Below, in pieces: positions 1 through 9,316 of a stretch of 64,000 bases of DNA. The number at the start of each line of letters is the position of its first letter. Within the stretch, counting starts at the first letter, position 1. Origin of the DNA: Gemmatimonadota bacterium (GTDB lineage: Bacteria > Gemmatimonadota > Gemmatimonadetes > Gemmatimonadales > GWC2-71-9); contig JBKPOS010000129.1 of NCBI GenBank assembly GCA_046733215.1, positions 158 to 64,157 on the forward strand, in the 5' to 3' direction. A program made the position numbers and the translations under genes. The notes under the pieces are model-generated. The model did no database searches. It worked only from the letters and a program-made list of their open reading frames with translations, and had not been told where the DNA came from.

Positions 1-427
1 GGTCAGCGGTCTCGACCTGGGTGATCGAGATGATGAACTCGGGGCTGAACGGGGTCTTGAACTGCCCCGCCCAGACAACAAAGTCATTGCGGGTCCACCG
101 AATGTACGCGTCACGGAGGCTCACACTGGCGGCGGTACTCGCGTTCCCGCCGGCCTCGTACTCCGCCATGATCCGATAGCTGAATCCGGCCGTCAGATTG
201 CCCTCGACGTACGCCCGCGCCCGGTTGAGCGTCCCCGTCAGAACGTTGCCCGCTTCCTGCCAGGTTTCCCGTGCCTGGAGATAGCCGCCCACCTTGAGCG
301 TGGGCCCGGTGGACGATGGCGGCGTTTGATATGAGGAGTCCCGACCTTGTTGCGCCGTGAGTCGCGTCGCGGGAGCAGGGCAAGCCAAGAGAGCGGCCAG
401 ACACGCTGTACTGGCGAGCCACTTCAT
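1..427 (-). CDS. Outer-membrane porin, OprO/OprP (phosphate-selective porin O/P)-like; only the N-terminal part, gene runs off the window start
   Basis: Missing from the ORF track because the frame is open to the window edge. Minus-strand ATG at 427..425 gives MKWLASTACLAALLACPAPATRLTAQQ (signal peptide), then porin-like segments TLKVGGYLQARETW, SYRIMAEYEAGG, VWAGQFKTPFSPE with no stop down to position 1. Divergent from the molybdate uptake genes. Confidence 0.6.
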   Translation of the reverse strand, partial: MKWLASTACLAALLACPAPATRLTAQQGRDSSYQTPPSSTGPTLKVGGYLQARETWQEAGNVLTGTLNRARAYVEGNLTAGFSYRIMAEYEAGGNASTAASVSLRDAYIRWTRNDFVVWAGQFKTPFSPEFIISITQVETAD

Positions 428-526
428 CGAGGACCTCACCTGAGTTGACCGGGGGTGCTGGCCGCGGGGCAAGGGCGGGCTATAATATCTCCCAATCGAC
501 TGTTTGCGCTATCGCTATGGGAACAT

Positions 527-919
527 ATGGAAACATTAACGGTCACTGAGGCGGCCCAAGTCCTCCACCTCAATCCGAAACGGGTCCAATTTCTCGCCCG
601 CACCGGGCGCATCCCAGCCGTGCGAGTCGGACGGAAGTGGCTGATCCCTCGCCGCGAGCTGGAGGGTCGGTTGGCTCAGCTCCCCCCTGAAGGGGCGACG
701 TCGGCGCAGGCGATCGATCTGAGCGCCCGCAACCAGCTTCGCGGCCGCATCGTCGCGCTCACGACCGACGGGCTGATGGCGGAGGTGCGAGTAGCGATTG
801 GAGACCAGGAGCTGGTTTCGCTGATCACGCGGGGAGCTACCGAGCGGCTGCAGCTCCGGGTGGGAGACGAGGTCTACGCGGTGATCAAGTCCACCGAGGT
901 CATGATCGGAAAGGGTTGA
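527..919 (+). CDS. Excisionase/MerR-type HTH fused to a single Mop/TOBE molybdate-binding domain; putative molybdate-responsive regulator
   Basis: In-frame ATG at 527 (METLTVTEAAQVLHLNPKRVQFLARTGRIPAVRVGRKWLIPRREL is an excisionase-family HTH). C-terminal RNQLRGRIVALTTDGLMAEVRVAIGDQELVSLITRGATERLQLRVGDEVYAVIKSTEVMI is a Mop/TOBE fold. Lies directly upstream of modA. Confidence 0.7.
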   Translation: METLTVTEAAQVLHLNPKRVQFLARTGRIPAVRVGRKWLIPRRELEGRLAQLPPEGATSAQAIDLSARNQLRGRIVALTTDGLMAEVRVAIGDQELVSLITRGATERLQLRVGDEVYAVIKSTEVMIGKG

Positions 920-928
920 AACGGAGTC

Positions 929-1759
929 ATGCTCAAACGTCGTTGGACAAGTCTGTTGGTCGCCGCTGCGGCGGGGATTCCGATCTCACTGAGCGCGCAA
1001 CGGCAGCCGGCCGAGCTCACGGTGTTTGCCGCCGCGTCCCTCAAAGATGCCTTCACCGAGGCGGCCGAATCGCTGGGGCGGCGAACGCCGCCCATGGCCG
1101 TTCGCTACAGCTTCGCAGGCTCGCAGCAACTCGTGCTGCAGCTTGAGCAGGGCGCGTCGGCAGATGTGTTCGCCTCGGCCGATCAGCGGTGGATGCAGGT
1201 GGCTCGAGACACCGGCCTGATCGCGGGTGAACCGGCGATCTTTGCGCGGAACCGTCTGGTCGTGATTACACCGGCTTCGAATCCCGGCCGCATCGACCGG
1301 CTGGAGGATCTCGGTAAAAGGGGGCTCAAGCTCGTGCTGGGTGCGGAGGCCGTTCCGGTGGGGAAATACAGCCGCGAAGCGTTGAATCGCCTGAACAGAG
1401 CGCCGGGCTTCGGTTCGAGCTACTCGCGACGGGTGCTCGGGAGCGTAGTTTCCGAGGAGGAGAACGTAAAGGCGGTGGTGTCGAAGGTTCAGTTGGGTGA
1501 GGCTGACGGAGGAATTGTGTACGTGTCCGATGTGACGCCGTCGGTTCGAAAAGCCGTGCGCACTATTGACATTCCCGACCCCTACAACGTGGTGGCCACC
1601 TATCCCATTGCGGTGCTGAAACGGTCAGGACAATCGGCCGCGGCGCAGCAGTTCATCCAATTCATCACCTCTGGCGAAGGGCAGGCTCTGCTGGCGCGGC
1701 ACGGCTTTCTGCCCGCCGAGACAGCCATGAATCCCTCGCCGGCCGGCGCTCCTCGGTGA
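929..1759 (+). CDS. modA: Molybdate ABC transporter substrate-binding protein
   Basis: Signal peptide followed by the ModA-typical N-terminus LTVFAAASLKDAFTE. Size 276 aa. Followed by modB and modC. Confidence 0.9.
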   Translation: MLKRRWTSLLVAAAAGIPISLSAQRQPAELTVFAAASLKDAFTEAAESLGRRTPPMAVRYSFAGSQQLVLQLEQGASADVFASADQRWMQVARDTGLIAGEPAIFARNRLVVITPASNPGRIDRLEDLGKRGLKLVLGAEAVPVGKYSREALNRLNRAPGFGSSYSRRVLGSVVSEEENVKAVVSKVQLGEADGGIVYVSDVTPSVRKAVRTIDIPDPYNVVATYPIAVLKRSGQSAAAQQFIQFITSGEGQALLARHGFLPAETAMNPSPAGAPR

Positions 1760-1772
1760 GGAGCCGGAGACG

Positions 1773-2588
1773 ATGTCGGGGCGCGTCCTGGCAGGCCGGA
1801 TTGTTACTGCGCTCGCAGTCTCCTTCCTGCTCGTTCTCCTGGTCCTTCCGGTGCTCGCGCTGCTCCTCCGTGCACCAGTCGGTGACATCTTAGCTCGCCT
1901 TTCCGAGCCGCTCGTCCTGGCCGCCATCCGGCTCAGTCTCGAAACCAGTCTTTGTGCGGCGGCGTTGGCAACGATCCTGGGCCTGCCAGTCGCGTACCTA
2001 CTCGCCACTCGCGAGTTCCGAGGCAAGCACGTCCTCGAGGCCATCATCGCGCTGCCCATGGTGTTGCCACCGACGGTCGCCGGGGTGGGCTTGCTGTTGG
2101 CATTCGGGCGGGCGGGACTGGCCGGTCGCGCGCTCGGTATTTTCGGATTGAGCATTCCCTTCACTACCACTGCCGTGGTGCTCGCCGAGGCGTTCATCGC
2201 TGCGCCGTTCTTCATCGGGGCGGCCGCGGCCGGGTTCCGGGAAGTGGAGACTCGCTATCTGGACGCTGCGGCGACGCTCCGGGCTGCACCGGTCACGGCG
2301 TTCGTACGTGTGCTCCTGCCGCTCGCCGCTCCTTCGGTGCTGGCGGGAGCCACCATGTGCTGGGCGCGGGCAATCGGTGAGTTCGGCGCCACTATCACTT
2401 TCGCCGGCAACCTTCCCGGCGTGACCCAGACGATGCCACTGGCCGTCTACGTCGCCTTGCAGACCGATCTGGATGCGGCGATCGCCCTTTCTGTGCTCCT
2501 GGTGTTGATCTCGCTCACGATTCTCGTGGGTGTGCGGGCCTTTCCGTTCGGGCCTGCCGCGCTTCGTGGTCAGCGCCGGGCTGGTTAA
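1773..2588 (+). CDS. modB: Molybdate ABC transporter permease
   Basis: Polytopic membrane protein of 271 aa with an EAA-loop-like DAAATLRAAPVTAFVRVLLPLAAPSVLAG. Position between modA and modC. Confidence 0.9.
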   Translation: MSGRVLAGRIVTALAVSFLLVLLVLPVLALLLRAPVGDILARLSEPLVLAAIRLSLETSLCAAALATILGLPVAYLLATREFRGKHVLEAIIALPMVLPPTVAGVGLLLAFGRAGLAGRALGIFGLSIPFTTTAVVLAEAFIAAPFFIGAAAAGFREVETRYLDAAATLRAAPVTAFVRVLLPLAAPSVLAGATMCWARAIGEFGATITFAGNLPGVTQTMPLAVYVALQTDLDAAIALSVLLVLISLTILVGVRAFPFGPAALRGQRRAG

Positions 2589-3639
2589 GCGCCTTGGTGG
2601 TTTGTCACTGGCGGCCACGGTCGAAATCGAGGCCGGCAGCACGCTCGCGCTGGTGGGGGAGAGCGGAGCGGGCAAGACCACCGTGCTCCGCCTACTCGCC
2701 GGGCTGACCGCTCCGGATGACGGCCATATCGCCGTCGATAATCAAACCTGGTTCGATCACAAAACCGGAGTCTCGCTCCCCACGTGGCAGCGGGAGGTTG
2801 GGTATTTGTCACAGGACTACGCTCTCTTCCCACATCTGTCCGTATTCGAGAACATCGCATTCGGCCTCCGGGCGCAACATGTAGGTGGCACCCAGATCCG
2901 CCAGCAGGTGGAGGCGATCTTGCTTCGCTTCGACCTCGAGGAGCTGCGGGCACGGAAGCCGCATCAACTCTCAGGAGGCCAGCAGCAGCGTGTCGCGCTG
3001 GCGCGGGCCCTTGTGCTGCAGCCCCGTTTGCTATTGCTGGACGAACCGCTATCGGCTCTGGATCTCAAGACCCGGCGTTCGGTTCGGGCTCAGCTGCGGC
3101 AGACCCTTGCCTCCCTTCCCGGCGCTACGGTCTACGTGACCCACAATCCAATGGAAGCGATCGTCTTCGGCGATCGGATCTCAGTGCTCGAATCGGGCCG
3201 GGTAACTCAGCATGGCGTGCCGGATGATCTGCTGCGACATCCACGCTCCGCCTACGTCGCAGAGTTCATGGGAGTCAACCTTCTGCGAGGATCGATTGCG
3301 GCTGCGGAAGTCGGGGGCCTGGTTCGGGTCCAGACCCCTTTCGGCTCCGTGATTGCCGCGGACTCCGGCGATGTGGGTGAAGTTCTGGTCGCGCTCAGTC
3401 CGCGCGAGATCACGCTCCATCTCACCCCACCGGCAGGAAGCGCGCAAAATGTTTTCTTCGGCCGCATCGTGGAGCTGGTCCCCGAGCCACCCTTCGGCGA
3501 CCGGATTCGCGTTGCGCTCGCTACGTCGCCTCCTCTGGTCGCCGAGGTGACCCGCCATGCCGTCGAGACGTTACGCTTGCGGGAAGGGCTCGAGGTCCAC
3601 GCTGCTTTCAAGGCTACGGGGCTCGTGCCCTATCAGTAG
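2566..3639 (+). CDS. modC: Molybdate ABC transporter ATP-binding protein with C-terminal TOBE domain
   Basis: Walker A GESGAGKTT, signature LSGGQQQRVALARAL, Walker B LLLLDEP, C-terminal TOBE-like region. Start is uncertain: GTG at 2566 gives a normal N-terminal length and overlaps the modB end; the ORF track starts at 2530. Confidence 0.85.
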   Translation: MVSAGLVKRLGGLSLAATVEIEAGSTLALVGESGAGKTTVLRLLAGLTAPDDGHIAVDNQTWFDHKTGVSLPTWQREVGYLSQDYALFPHLSVFENIAFGLRAQHVGGTQIRQQVEAILLRFDLEELRARKPHQLSGGQQQRVALARALVLQPRLLLLDEPLSALDLKTRRSVRAQLRQTLASLPGATVYVTHNPMEAIVFGDRISVLESGRVTQHGVPDDLLRHPRSAYVAEFMGVNLLRGSIAAAEVGGLVRVQTPFGSVIAADSGDVGEVLVALSPREITLHLTPPAGSAQNVFFGRIVELVPEPPFGDRIRVALATSPPLVAEVTRHAVETLRLREGLEVHAAFKATGLVPYQ

Positions 3640-3652
3640 CGCCAATGTGAAA

Positions 3653-3670
3653 CCGCCCTTTTGAGGGCGG
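3653..3670 (+). terminator. Possible hairpin terminator after modC
   Basis: CCGCCC-TTTTGA-GGGCGG stem-loop 14 nt after the modC stop. No clear U-tract follows. Confidence 0.35.
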
Positions 3671-3713
3671 GCCGGGTTACCTTTTCTTCCTCATTTGTCC
3701 CAGGTTCGCCCGC

Positions 3714-5342
3714 ATGAGCAGCCCGTTCAAGTTTCCGGTTCCACACAATGAGCCGGTTCTCGCCTACGATCCCGGAAGCCCCGCCAGGGCATCACTCAAG
3801 GCAGCACTGAAATCGATCGCCGCGCAGAAGGAAGAGATTCCCATTGTGATCGGCGGCCGGGAGATTCGCACCGGCCGCACCGAGCCGGTCACTATGCCCC
3901 ATTGCCATGCCCGCGTCCTGGCCGACGTGCACCAGGCCACGCCGGAGCTGGTCGAGCAGGCGGTCGATGCCGCCCTCGAGGCCCAGCGGGAGTGGGCTCA
4001 CTGGCGCTTCGAAGATCGGGCCGCGGTGTTCCTCAAGGCGGCCGACCTGCTCGCCACCCGGTACCGTCCGCTCGTGAACGGAGCGACCATGCTGGGCCAG
4101 AGCAAGACCGCTCATCAGGCCGAAATCGACAGTGCCTGCGAGTTGATCGATTTCCTCCGATTCAACGTTCATTTCGCGGAGCGGCTGTATCGGGAGCAGC
4201 CCGAGTCGGCGCGCGGTACCTGGAACCGCATGGATCATCGTCCGCTCGAGGGATTCGTCTACGCGATTACGCCGTTCAACTTCACGGCGATCGGCGGCAA
4301 TCTGCCCACTGCTCCCGCACTTCTTGGCAACGTGGTCGTCTGGAAGCCGGCGGCGACCGCGATGCTCAGCAACTGGCACTTCTTCCGAATCCTGGAAGAG
4401 GCCGGTCTTCCGCCCGGGGTCATCAACTTCGTGCCGGGCAACTCGGTGGAGATCAGTGACATCCTGCTGGGGCACCGGATGCTGGCGGGCATCCACTTCA
4501 CCGGGTCGACCGAGGTCTTTCGCTTGCTGCAGCAGCGGGTGGCGCACACGCTCGAGAAATACGTGAGCTATCCTCGCATCGTCGGTGAGACCGGCGGCAA
4601 GGACTTCGTGCTGGCGCACGCCAGCGCCGACGTGAATGCGCTCGCCGTCGCGCTACTGCGTGGCGCGTACGAATATCAGGGGCAGAAGTGCAGCGCTGCC
4701 TCCCGTGCCTATGTCCCGGACAATCTCTGGCCTGCTTTGCGAGACCGGCTGGTTGGCATGATCGGCGACATCCGTATGGGAGACGTGAGCGACTTCCGCA
4801 ACTTCGTGGGCGCCGTGATCGACCGCCGCGCATTCGAGCGGATTACCAACCACCTCGAGCGGGCGAAGAAGGATCCCGGCGTCACGGTCCTCGCCGGCGG
4901 TCAGACCGACGGATCGGTCGGCTGGTTCGTGCAGCCCACCCTGCTGCAGGTAAACGATCCCGGATACCGGCTCATGTGCGAGGAGATTTTCGGTCCGGTC
5001 CTCACCCTGCACGTGTATCCGGAGGCTCGCTGGCAGGAAACGCTCGCCCTGGTGGATCGGACCAGCCCTTACGCGCTCACCGGTGCCGTCTTCGCACAGG
5101 ATCGAACGGCACTGGTGGAGGCCGATCGGGCCCTGCGGAATGCAGCGGGCAATTACTATGTGAATGACAAGCCCACGGGAGCCGTCGTCGGACAGCAGCC
5201 GTTCGGAGGCGCGCGAGCGAGCGGCACCAATGACAAGGCCGGCTCCATCCTCAACCTGATGCGCTGGATTTCACCTCGAACCATCAAGGAGACCTTCGAC
5301 CCGCCGACGGAGTGGCGCTACCCGTTTATGCAAGAGGCCTGA
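3714..5342 (+). CDS. pruA: L-glutamate gamma-semialdehyde (1-pyrroline-5-carboxylate) dehydrogenase
   Basis: 542-aa aldehyde dehydrogenase of the P5CDH type: ETGGKD, catalytic Cys in GQKCSAASR, EEIFGPV. The N- and C-terminal regions (KFPVPHNEPVLAY, and the C-terminal WISPRTIKETF) are typical of bacterial PruA/RocA. Confidence 0.88.
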   Translation: MSSPFKFPVPHNEPVLAYDPGSPARASLKAALKSIAAQKEEIPIVIGGREIRTGRTEPVTMPHCHARVLADVHQATPELVEQAVDAALEAQREWAHWRFEDRAAVFLKAADLLATRYRPLVNGATMLGQSKTAHQAEIDSACELIDFLRFNVHFAERLYREQPESARGTWNRMDHRPLEGFVYAITPFNFTAIGGNLPTAPALLGNVVVWKPAATAMLSNWHFFRILEEAGLPPGVINFVPGNSVEISDILLGHRMLAGIHFTGSTEVFRLLQQRVAHTLEKYVSYPRIVGETGGKDFVLAHASADVNALAVALLRGAYEYQGQKCSAASRAYVPDNLWPALRDRLVGMIGDIRMGDVSDFRNFVGAVIDRRAFERITNHLERAKKDPGVTVLAGGQTDGSVGWFVQPTLLQVNDPGYRLMCEEIFGPVLTLHVYPEARWQETLALVDRTSPYALTGAVFAQDRTALVEADRALRNAAGNYYVNDKPTGAVVGQQPFGGARASGTNDKAGSILNLMRWISPRTIKETFDPPTEWRYPFMQEA

Positions 5343-5344
5343 GC

Positions 5345-7630
5345 ATGCAGGTCGGGCTTGCCCTGGCCTTGTCCGTCAGTGCGCTGGCGGCCCGGTCGCT
5401 CGCTGCACAGAACGAGGTGGTCAAGGGCACCGTCGTCGATTCGACCGGAGCTCCGGTTGGTCGCGCGGACCTAGGACTTCTCGAGCTCGGCCGGCGCGTC
5501 CTCTCCGATGCCGACGGGCAGTTTACGCTCGGCCCGGTGCCGCCGGGCCAATACACTCTGGTAGCGAGCAGTCCCGGGTTCCGGCCCTTTGCGCAGCGCA
5601 TTCGGGTTCCGCTGAGCGAGCCTGTCGTCCTCCGCCTTCTGCCACAGACCGCGACGCTTCTTGCGCCGGTTACGGTCACTGCGACACGGGATCCAATCGA
5701 TCCCCGTGACTCTCCGTTGCCGGCCTCTGAGTTGTCTGGTGACGCGCTCCGCCGCTCGATAAGTGTCTCGTTGGCCCGTGCCGTGGAAGAATTGCCGGGG
5801 CTTCGTACGCTGAGCACCGGCGAGCAGATCGGAAAGCCCGTCATTCGCGGGCTGGCTGGATCCCGCGTCCTGGTCCTGGAGAACGGCCTGCGACTCGAGG
5901 ACTACTCCTGGAGCGACGAGGACGGTCCCTCGGTCGATGCTCGCCTGGCGGAACGAGTTGAGGTCATTCGCGGACCCGCCAGTGTGCTCTATGGCTCTGA
6001 TGCCGTGGGGGGCGTCATCAATGTGCTCCCCGCCGATCTACCACGGGCCGATCCCGGCCGTTCGGTCTCGACCTTCCGCACCGAGCTGTTCGGGGCCACC
6101 AACAACACCGAGGGTGGTGCGCTGCTCGGGTTCGAGGGAGCACGGGGTGCCTGGGGAGCGCGGGCTACGCTACTCGGTCGCACAGCAGGGGACCTGCACA
6201 CGCCCGAGGGCGAGTTGGGAAACACCGGCTTCAGCGCGCTCAATGGCGAGCTTGCCGCCGGGATGTCAGCGGCTTCGGGCGGATTCTTCGTCCGCTACAC
6301 CCGCTATGGCGGTGAGTTCAAGCTGCTGGAAGCGGGTGGTCCCGGGGCTAACGGCGAAGAAGAACAGGAGGGTGGCGAGGAAGAAAGCGGTCCCGAGCGT
6401 AAGCTTACGGACGATCGCATTCAGCTCGACGCAACCCGCGTGCTGGGCGGGATGCGCCTCGAGGTCAAGGCTCAAGGCCAGCGTCACTGGATCGCCGAAA
6501 ATTCCGACGAAGCCCCCGCTCCAGCGGGAGGCACAGAAGAAGGGCGGGTCTTCGATCTCGTGCTCAAGACCGGCACCCTGGATGTGCTGCTGCATCACAC
6601 GATCGGCCCACAGATCAGCGGTACCGTCGGGTTGTCAGGAATGCTGCAGGACAATGACAGCCGAGGCCCGGAGGCCCTGGTGCCCGACGCGCGCACGAAG
6701 AACGGCGCTCTGTTCGGCCTGGAGCGAATGGAGCTTGGGCGGTGGAGCATTCTGGCCGGTGCGCGTGTGGATGTACGCGGCATCGATGCCGACGCTACTC
6801 CCGAGCTTGCCCTGCCCGCCACTTCGCGCGACTACACCGCAGTGACGGGCGATCTCGGCACAGTATTCCGCTTGACGCCCACACTCGCTCTGACCGCCAA
6901 CGCGGGACGCGCGTGGCGGGCGCCCAACTTGTTCGAGTTGTTTGCCAACGGCCCCCGGTTGGGCGAAGCACGATTCGATATCGGAGACACCACGCTGGTA
7001 CCGGAGAAGAGCTTCAACCTCGATGTTGGCGTACGCTGGGAGGGAAGGCCGATCCGGGTCGAGCTGGCCGCCTTTCGAAATCATATCGACGACTTCATCT
7101 TCGGCGCTCCGACCACCGAATTCGAAGATTCACTGCGGATCTTTCGCTACGGCCAGACCGATGCCACCCTGATCGGCGGCGAGGTCAGGGCCCTTAGCGA
7201 TATCACCCGCCACCTGGCCGCGGGAGGACAGGTCGAGTACGTGCATGGCGATGATGCCGAACACAGACCCCTCCCCGACATTCCCCCGATACGCGGCATT
7301 GTCGAAGCTGAGCTGCACGATCTCGCACTTGGCTGGTTTCACCGCACCAAGATTGGGGTCGAGCTCGAGTTGGTAGGGGCCCAGAATCGGATGCCGACTT
7401 ATCAGCTCTCCGGATCGGGCGCCACCGTCTTCGACATGCCAACGGACGGATACGCCCTGCTCGACGTCGAGGCAGCCACTGAGCATGTGGTCGCCGGACA
7501 TCGGCTGACCATCGCTGCCCGGGGGCAAAACCTGACCAATACCGAATACCGGGATTACCTGAGCCGCTATAAGACGTTTGCGCTCAATCCCGGCCGCAAT
7601 CTCTCCCTGCGCCTCGGCTGGGAGCTGTAA
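5345..7630 (+). CDS. TonB-dependent outer-membrane receptor with N-terminal carboxypeptidase-regulatory-like domain
   Basis: ATG at 5345 gives the signal peptide MQVGLALALSVSALAARSLAAQ. This is followed by VKGTVVDSTGAPVGRADL (CarbopepD_reg-like), a plug region (GKPVIRGL, RVEVIRGPASVLYGSDAVGGVINV), and a long beta-barrel ending NLSLRLGWEL. Confidence 0.85.
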   Translation: MQVGLALALSVSALAARSLAAQNEVVKGTVVDSTGAPVGRADLGLLELGRRVLSDADGQFTLGPVPPGQYTLVASSPGFRPFAQRIRVPLSEPVVLRLLPQTATLLAPVTVTATRDPIDPRDSPLPASELSGDALRRSISVSLARAVEELPGLRTLSTGEQIGKPVIRGLAGSRVLVLENGLRLEDYSWSDEDGPSVDARLAERVEVIRGPASVLYGSDAVGGVINVLPADLPRADPGRSVSTFRTELFGATNNTEGGALLGFEGARGAWGARATLLGRTAGDLHTPEGELGNTGFSALNGELAAGMSAASGGFFVRYTRYGGEFKLLEAGGPGANGEEEQEGGEEESGPERKLTDDRIQLDATRVLGGMRLEVKAQGQRHWIAENSDEAPAPAGGTEEGRVFDLVLKTGTLDVLLHHTIGPQISGTVGLSGMLQDNDSRGPEALVPDARTKNGALFGLERMELGRWSILAGARVDVRGIDADATPELALPATSRDYTAVTGDLGTVFRLTPTLALTANAGRAWRAPNLFELFANGPRLGEARFDIGDTTLVPEKSFNLDVGVRWEGRPIRVELAAFRNHIDDFIFGAPTTEFEDSLRIFRYGQTDATLIGGEVRALSDITRHLAAGGQVEYVHGDDAEHRPLPDIPPIRGIVEAELHDLALGWFHRTKIGVELELVGAQNRMPTYQLSGSGATVFDMPTDGYALLDVEAATEHVVAGHRLTIAARGQNLTNTEYRDYLSRYKTFALNPGRNLSLRLGWEL

Positions 7631-7694
7631 CCACCGGGCCCGGTGTCAGCCGGGCACCTACAACGGGCATCGTCAACATCCGAGCGAAGGCAAC

Positions 7695-7720
7695 ACCGCC
7701 CGCCGATAACGGCGGGCGGT
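7695..7720 (+). terminator. Hairpin terminator after the TonB-dependent receptor gene
   Basis: Perfect 11-bp stem ACCGCCCGCCG-ATAA-CGGCGGGCGGT followed by TGCATTTCGT, 65 nt after the stop codon. Confidence 0.55.
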
Positions 7721-7765
7721 TGCATTTCGTACTCTTGAGCCGCACTCGCAAAACCGGAGCAAGAG

Positions 7766-8392
7766 ATGTGGAAGTCGTTGGCTGTCGCTGCCTTGTGCTC
7801 GATCGCTGCTGTCTCGTCCGTCGAAGGACAGGCCGAGCTGTCCTCCGCGCCGGCCCAGCGGCAAATCCTGAACGCCGTGGTCACCGCTGGTCGGCTGAGC
7901 TTCGACGGCCGCGCCAACGTCGGCGATTTCACGGGCACCACGACCACGGTTAGCGGCGAACTGATCGGTGGCGAGGACATTACGCTGGTGCGCGGTTGGG
8001 TCGAGGCGCAGGTCCAGACGATCGTGACGGGCAACGGCAAGCGCGATCGCGATCTCAACAAGTCCATGGAGTCCGATCGGTATCCCACCCTCCGGTTCGA
8101 GCTTGCCGGGGTGACAATCCGGTCCGAGTCGGGAGATACCGCCAACGTGGATCTGCAGGGACGCTTCCTGATTCATGGCGTGACGCGCGATGTCGTGCTG
8201 CCCGCGACGGTGGTTCTAGGCGGCGACTTCACCGCGATCCGGGCGGACGCTCCACTCAATCTCAAAGATTACAACATAGGTGGCCTCACCAAGGCGTTTG
8301 GAATGTTACGGATGTATCCGGCCATCCTGGTGCACATCGACGTGACCTTCGCTTCCGGGACAGCTGTGCCGGCAGCTGGGGCGAGGGGCTGA
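7766..8392 (+). CDS. YceI-like polyisoprenoid-binding periplasmic protein
   Basis: Signal peptide, then YceI-family hallmarks: GKRDRDLNKSMESDRYPTLRFEL, the LQGRFLIHGVTRDVVLPATV region, and PLNLKDYNIGG. Confidence 0.8.
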   Translation: MWKSLAVAALCSIAAVSSVEGQAELSSAPAQRQILNAVVTAGRLSFDGRANVGDFTGTTTTVSGELIGGEDITLVRGWVEAQVQTIVTGNGKRDRDLNKSMESDRYPTLRFELAGVTIRSESGDTANVDLQGRFLIHGVTRDVVLPATVVLGGDFTAIRADAPLNLKDYNIGGLTKAFGMLRMYPAILVHIDVTFASGTAVPAAGARG

Positions 8393-8452
8393 CCTGAAAT
8401 CAATTCGCCGGGGCTCCCGGCGGTGACGCTATAGCAGACGAGAGGAGCGGGT

Positions 8453-9259
8453 ATGCGGTTCGCAGGATTGATCGCACTTGTTGGGCTCAGCGGATTAGCG
8501 GGTTGCAGTAGCGGCGATAACCTCTCGCCCTCTTCGGGGCAGCCCGAGGAAGGTTCTCGGGTGGGGTTGTCGCCGTCCGGCGAGGTCAATTCCTCGTTTC
8601 GGGTCATTAAGGGAAGCGGGGACATTACGGCGACCGTGAACCAGTTCCGCGATGCTCTGGGGCAGCCGGGCAACGGCACCACGCCCGGACAGCAGCCCAA
8701 GGGCCGGCGCGAGATCAATTGGGACGGTGTGCCGGCGGCGCTCGATAACAACAACAATTTCCCGGGCGACTTCTTCAAGAAGGCCGGCGCGGTGCTGAGC
8801 AGTCTGGGCAGTGGCCTTCGTAACAGCAGCAACGATTTTGCCGATCTCAACCCGGCGTATGCGGCGCAATTCGAGCCCTTCACCAAGCCCAAGACCTTCG
8901 CGCCGACGGGAAGCCCCTCACTTGATCTGACTTTCCGGGTAGCGGGGAGCGACACCCCCGCGGCCGTCACTGGCGTCGGCATTGTGTTCTCCGACGTCGA
9001 TCGGGGCGGATCTGCTTCCATCAAGCTGTTCGACGCCAAAGGGCGGGATCTCGGTAGGTATTTCGCGCCCACCCGCAGCGATGCCAACGGGCTGTCGTTT
9101 GTCGGCGTGGTATTCGACGCGGCGATCGTCGCACGGGTTACCATCACGGCGGGAGAAGCCGCCATCGATGCGGGGCTGCAGGATATCTCGGATGGAGGCC
9201 TCCGGGACCTGGTGGTGACCGACAACTTTCTTTATGGCGAGCCGCAGGCACTGCCCTGA
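8453..9259 (+). CDS. Hypothetical lipoprotein
   Basis: Lipobox in MRFAGLIALVGLSGLAGCSS and an RBS GAGGAG upstream. Coding-like composition. I recognise no family. Confidence 0.6.
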   Translation: MRFAGLIALVGLSGLAGCSSGDNLSPSSGQPEEGSRVGLSPSGEVNSSFRVIKGSGDITATVNQFRDALGQPGNGTTPGQQPKGRREINWDGVPAALDNNNNFPGDFFKKAGAVLSSLGSGLRNSSNDFADLNPAYAAQFEPFTKPKTFAPTGSPSLDLTFRVAGSDTPAAVTGVGIVFSDVDRGGSASIKLFDAKGRDLGRYFAPTRSDANGLSFVGVVFDAAIVARVTITAGEAAIDAGLQDISDGGLRDLVVTDNFLYGEPQALP

Positions 9260-9316
9260 GCCGGCGGCGTCGCCCTGCATTTGCCCAGGCCCGAACCACA
9301 CCATATCGTGAACGGC

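Noticed and set aside
111-422. 103-aa minus-strand ORF at the window start.
   Set aside because: It is in a different frame from the porin-like reading frame that starts at ATG 427 and stays open to position 1. The porin frame has a proper signal peptide and beta-barrel-like sequence.
445-486. TTGACC (445..450) and TATAAT (481..486) as a sigma70 promoter pair.
   Set aside because: The spacer is 30 nt, far from the 16-18 nt optimum. Only the TATAAT is retained, as a remark.
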